Assembly: GCF_006345805.1 (NCBI RefSeq)
Contig: NC_043005.1
Location: forward strand, 45,756,001 to 45,820,000
DNA length: 64,000 bases
Direction of reading: 5' to 3'
Origin: Octopus sinensis
Taxonomy: Eukaryota
Each line of letters opens with the position of its first letter. Positions within the stretch are counted from its first letter, which is position 1. Below are positions 63,975 to 64,000 of the stretch, piece by piece. The notes under the pieces were generated by a model. The model had not been told where the DNA came from and did not search any database. It saw only the letters and a program-made list of their open reading frames with translations. The translations under genes were made by a program, and so were the position numbers.

Positions 63975-64000
63975 ATTAGTGATGTAGACACTGCTAGATT

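Overview
AT-rich, microsatellite- and SINE-dense eukaryotic genomic DNA. The repeat families look like those of an octopus (coleoid cephalopod); this is inferred from recalled repeat consensus, not from a database search. The only host gene I can find is the middle of a + strand, intron-rich WDR48/UAF1 orthologue (USP1/USP12/USP46 cofactor). I traced 12 consecutive GT-AG coding exons between 6793 and 42823 (1321 nt, all phases compatible, about 440 aa). They cover the WD40 propeller and part of the ancillary domain. The first coding exon and the 3' exons are not recognisable in the window. Nearly all ORFs in the supplied track are spurious (microsatellite or SINE). The introns hold tRNA-derived SINEs, RTE-LINE remnants, hAT, piggyBac-like and Tc1/mariner-type MITEs, decayed transposases and a Helentron-type element. 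Most interesting: (1) minimal type-I hammerhead ribozyme motifs in (TA)n-associated, Penelope-like elements, one of them sense to the pre-mRNA and inside a ~350-nt foldback about 40 nt downstream of an exon; (2) two candidate frame-preserving cassette exons (24 nt and 48 nt) in the >21-kb last intron; (3) several long intronic hairpins that could be ADAR substrates.
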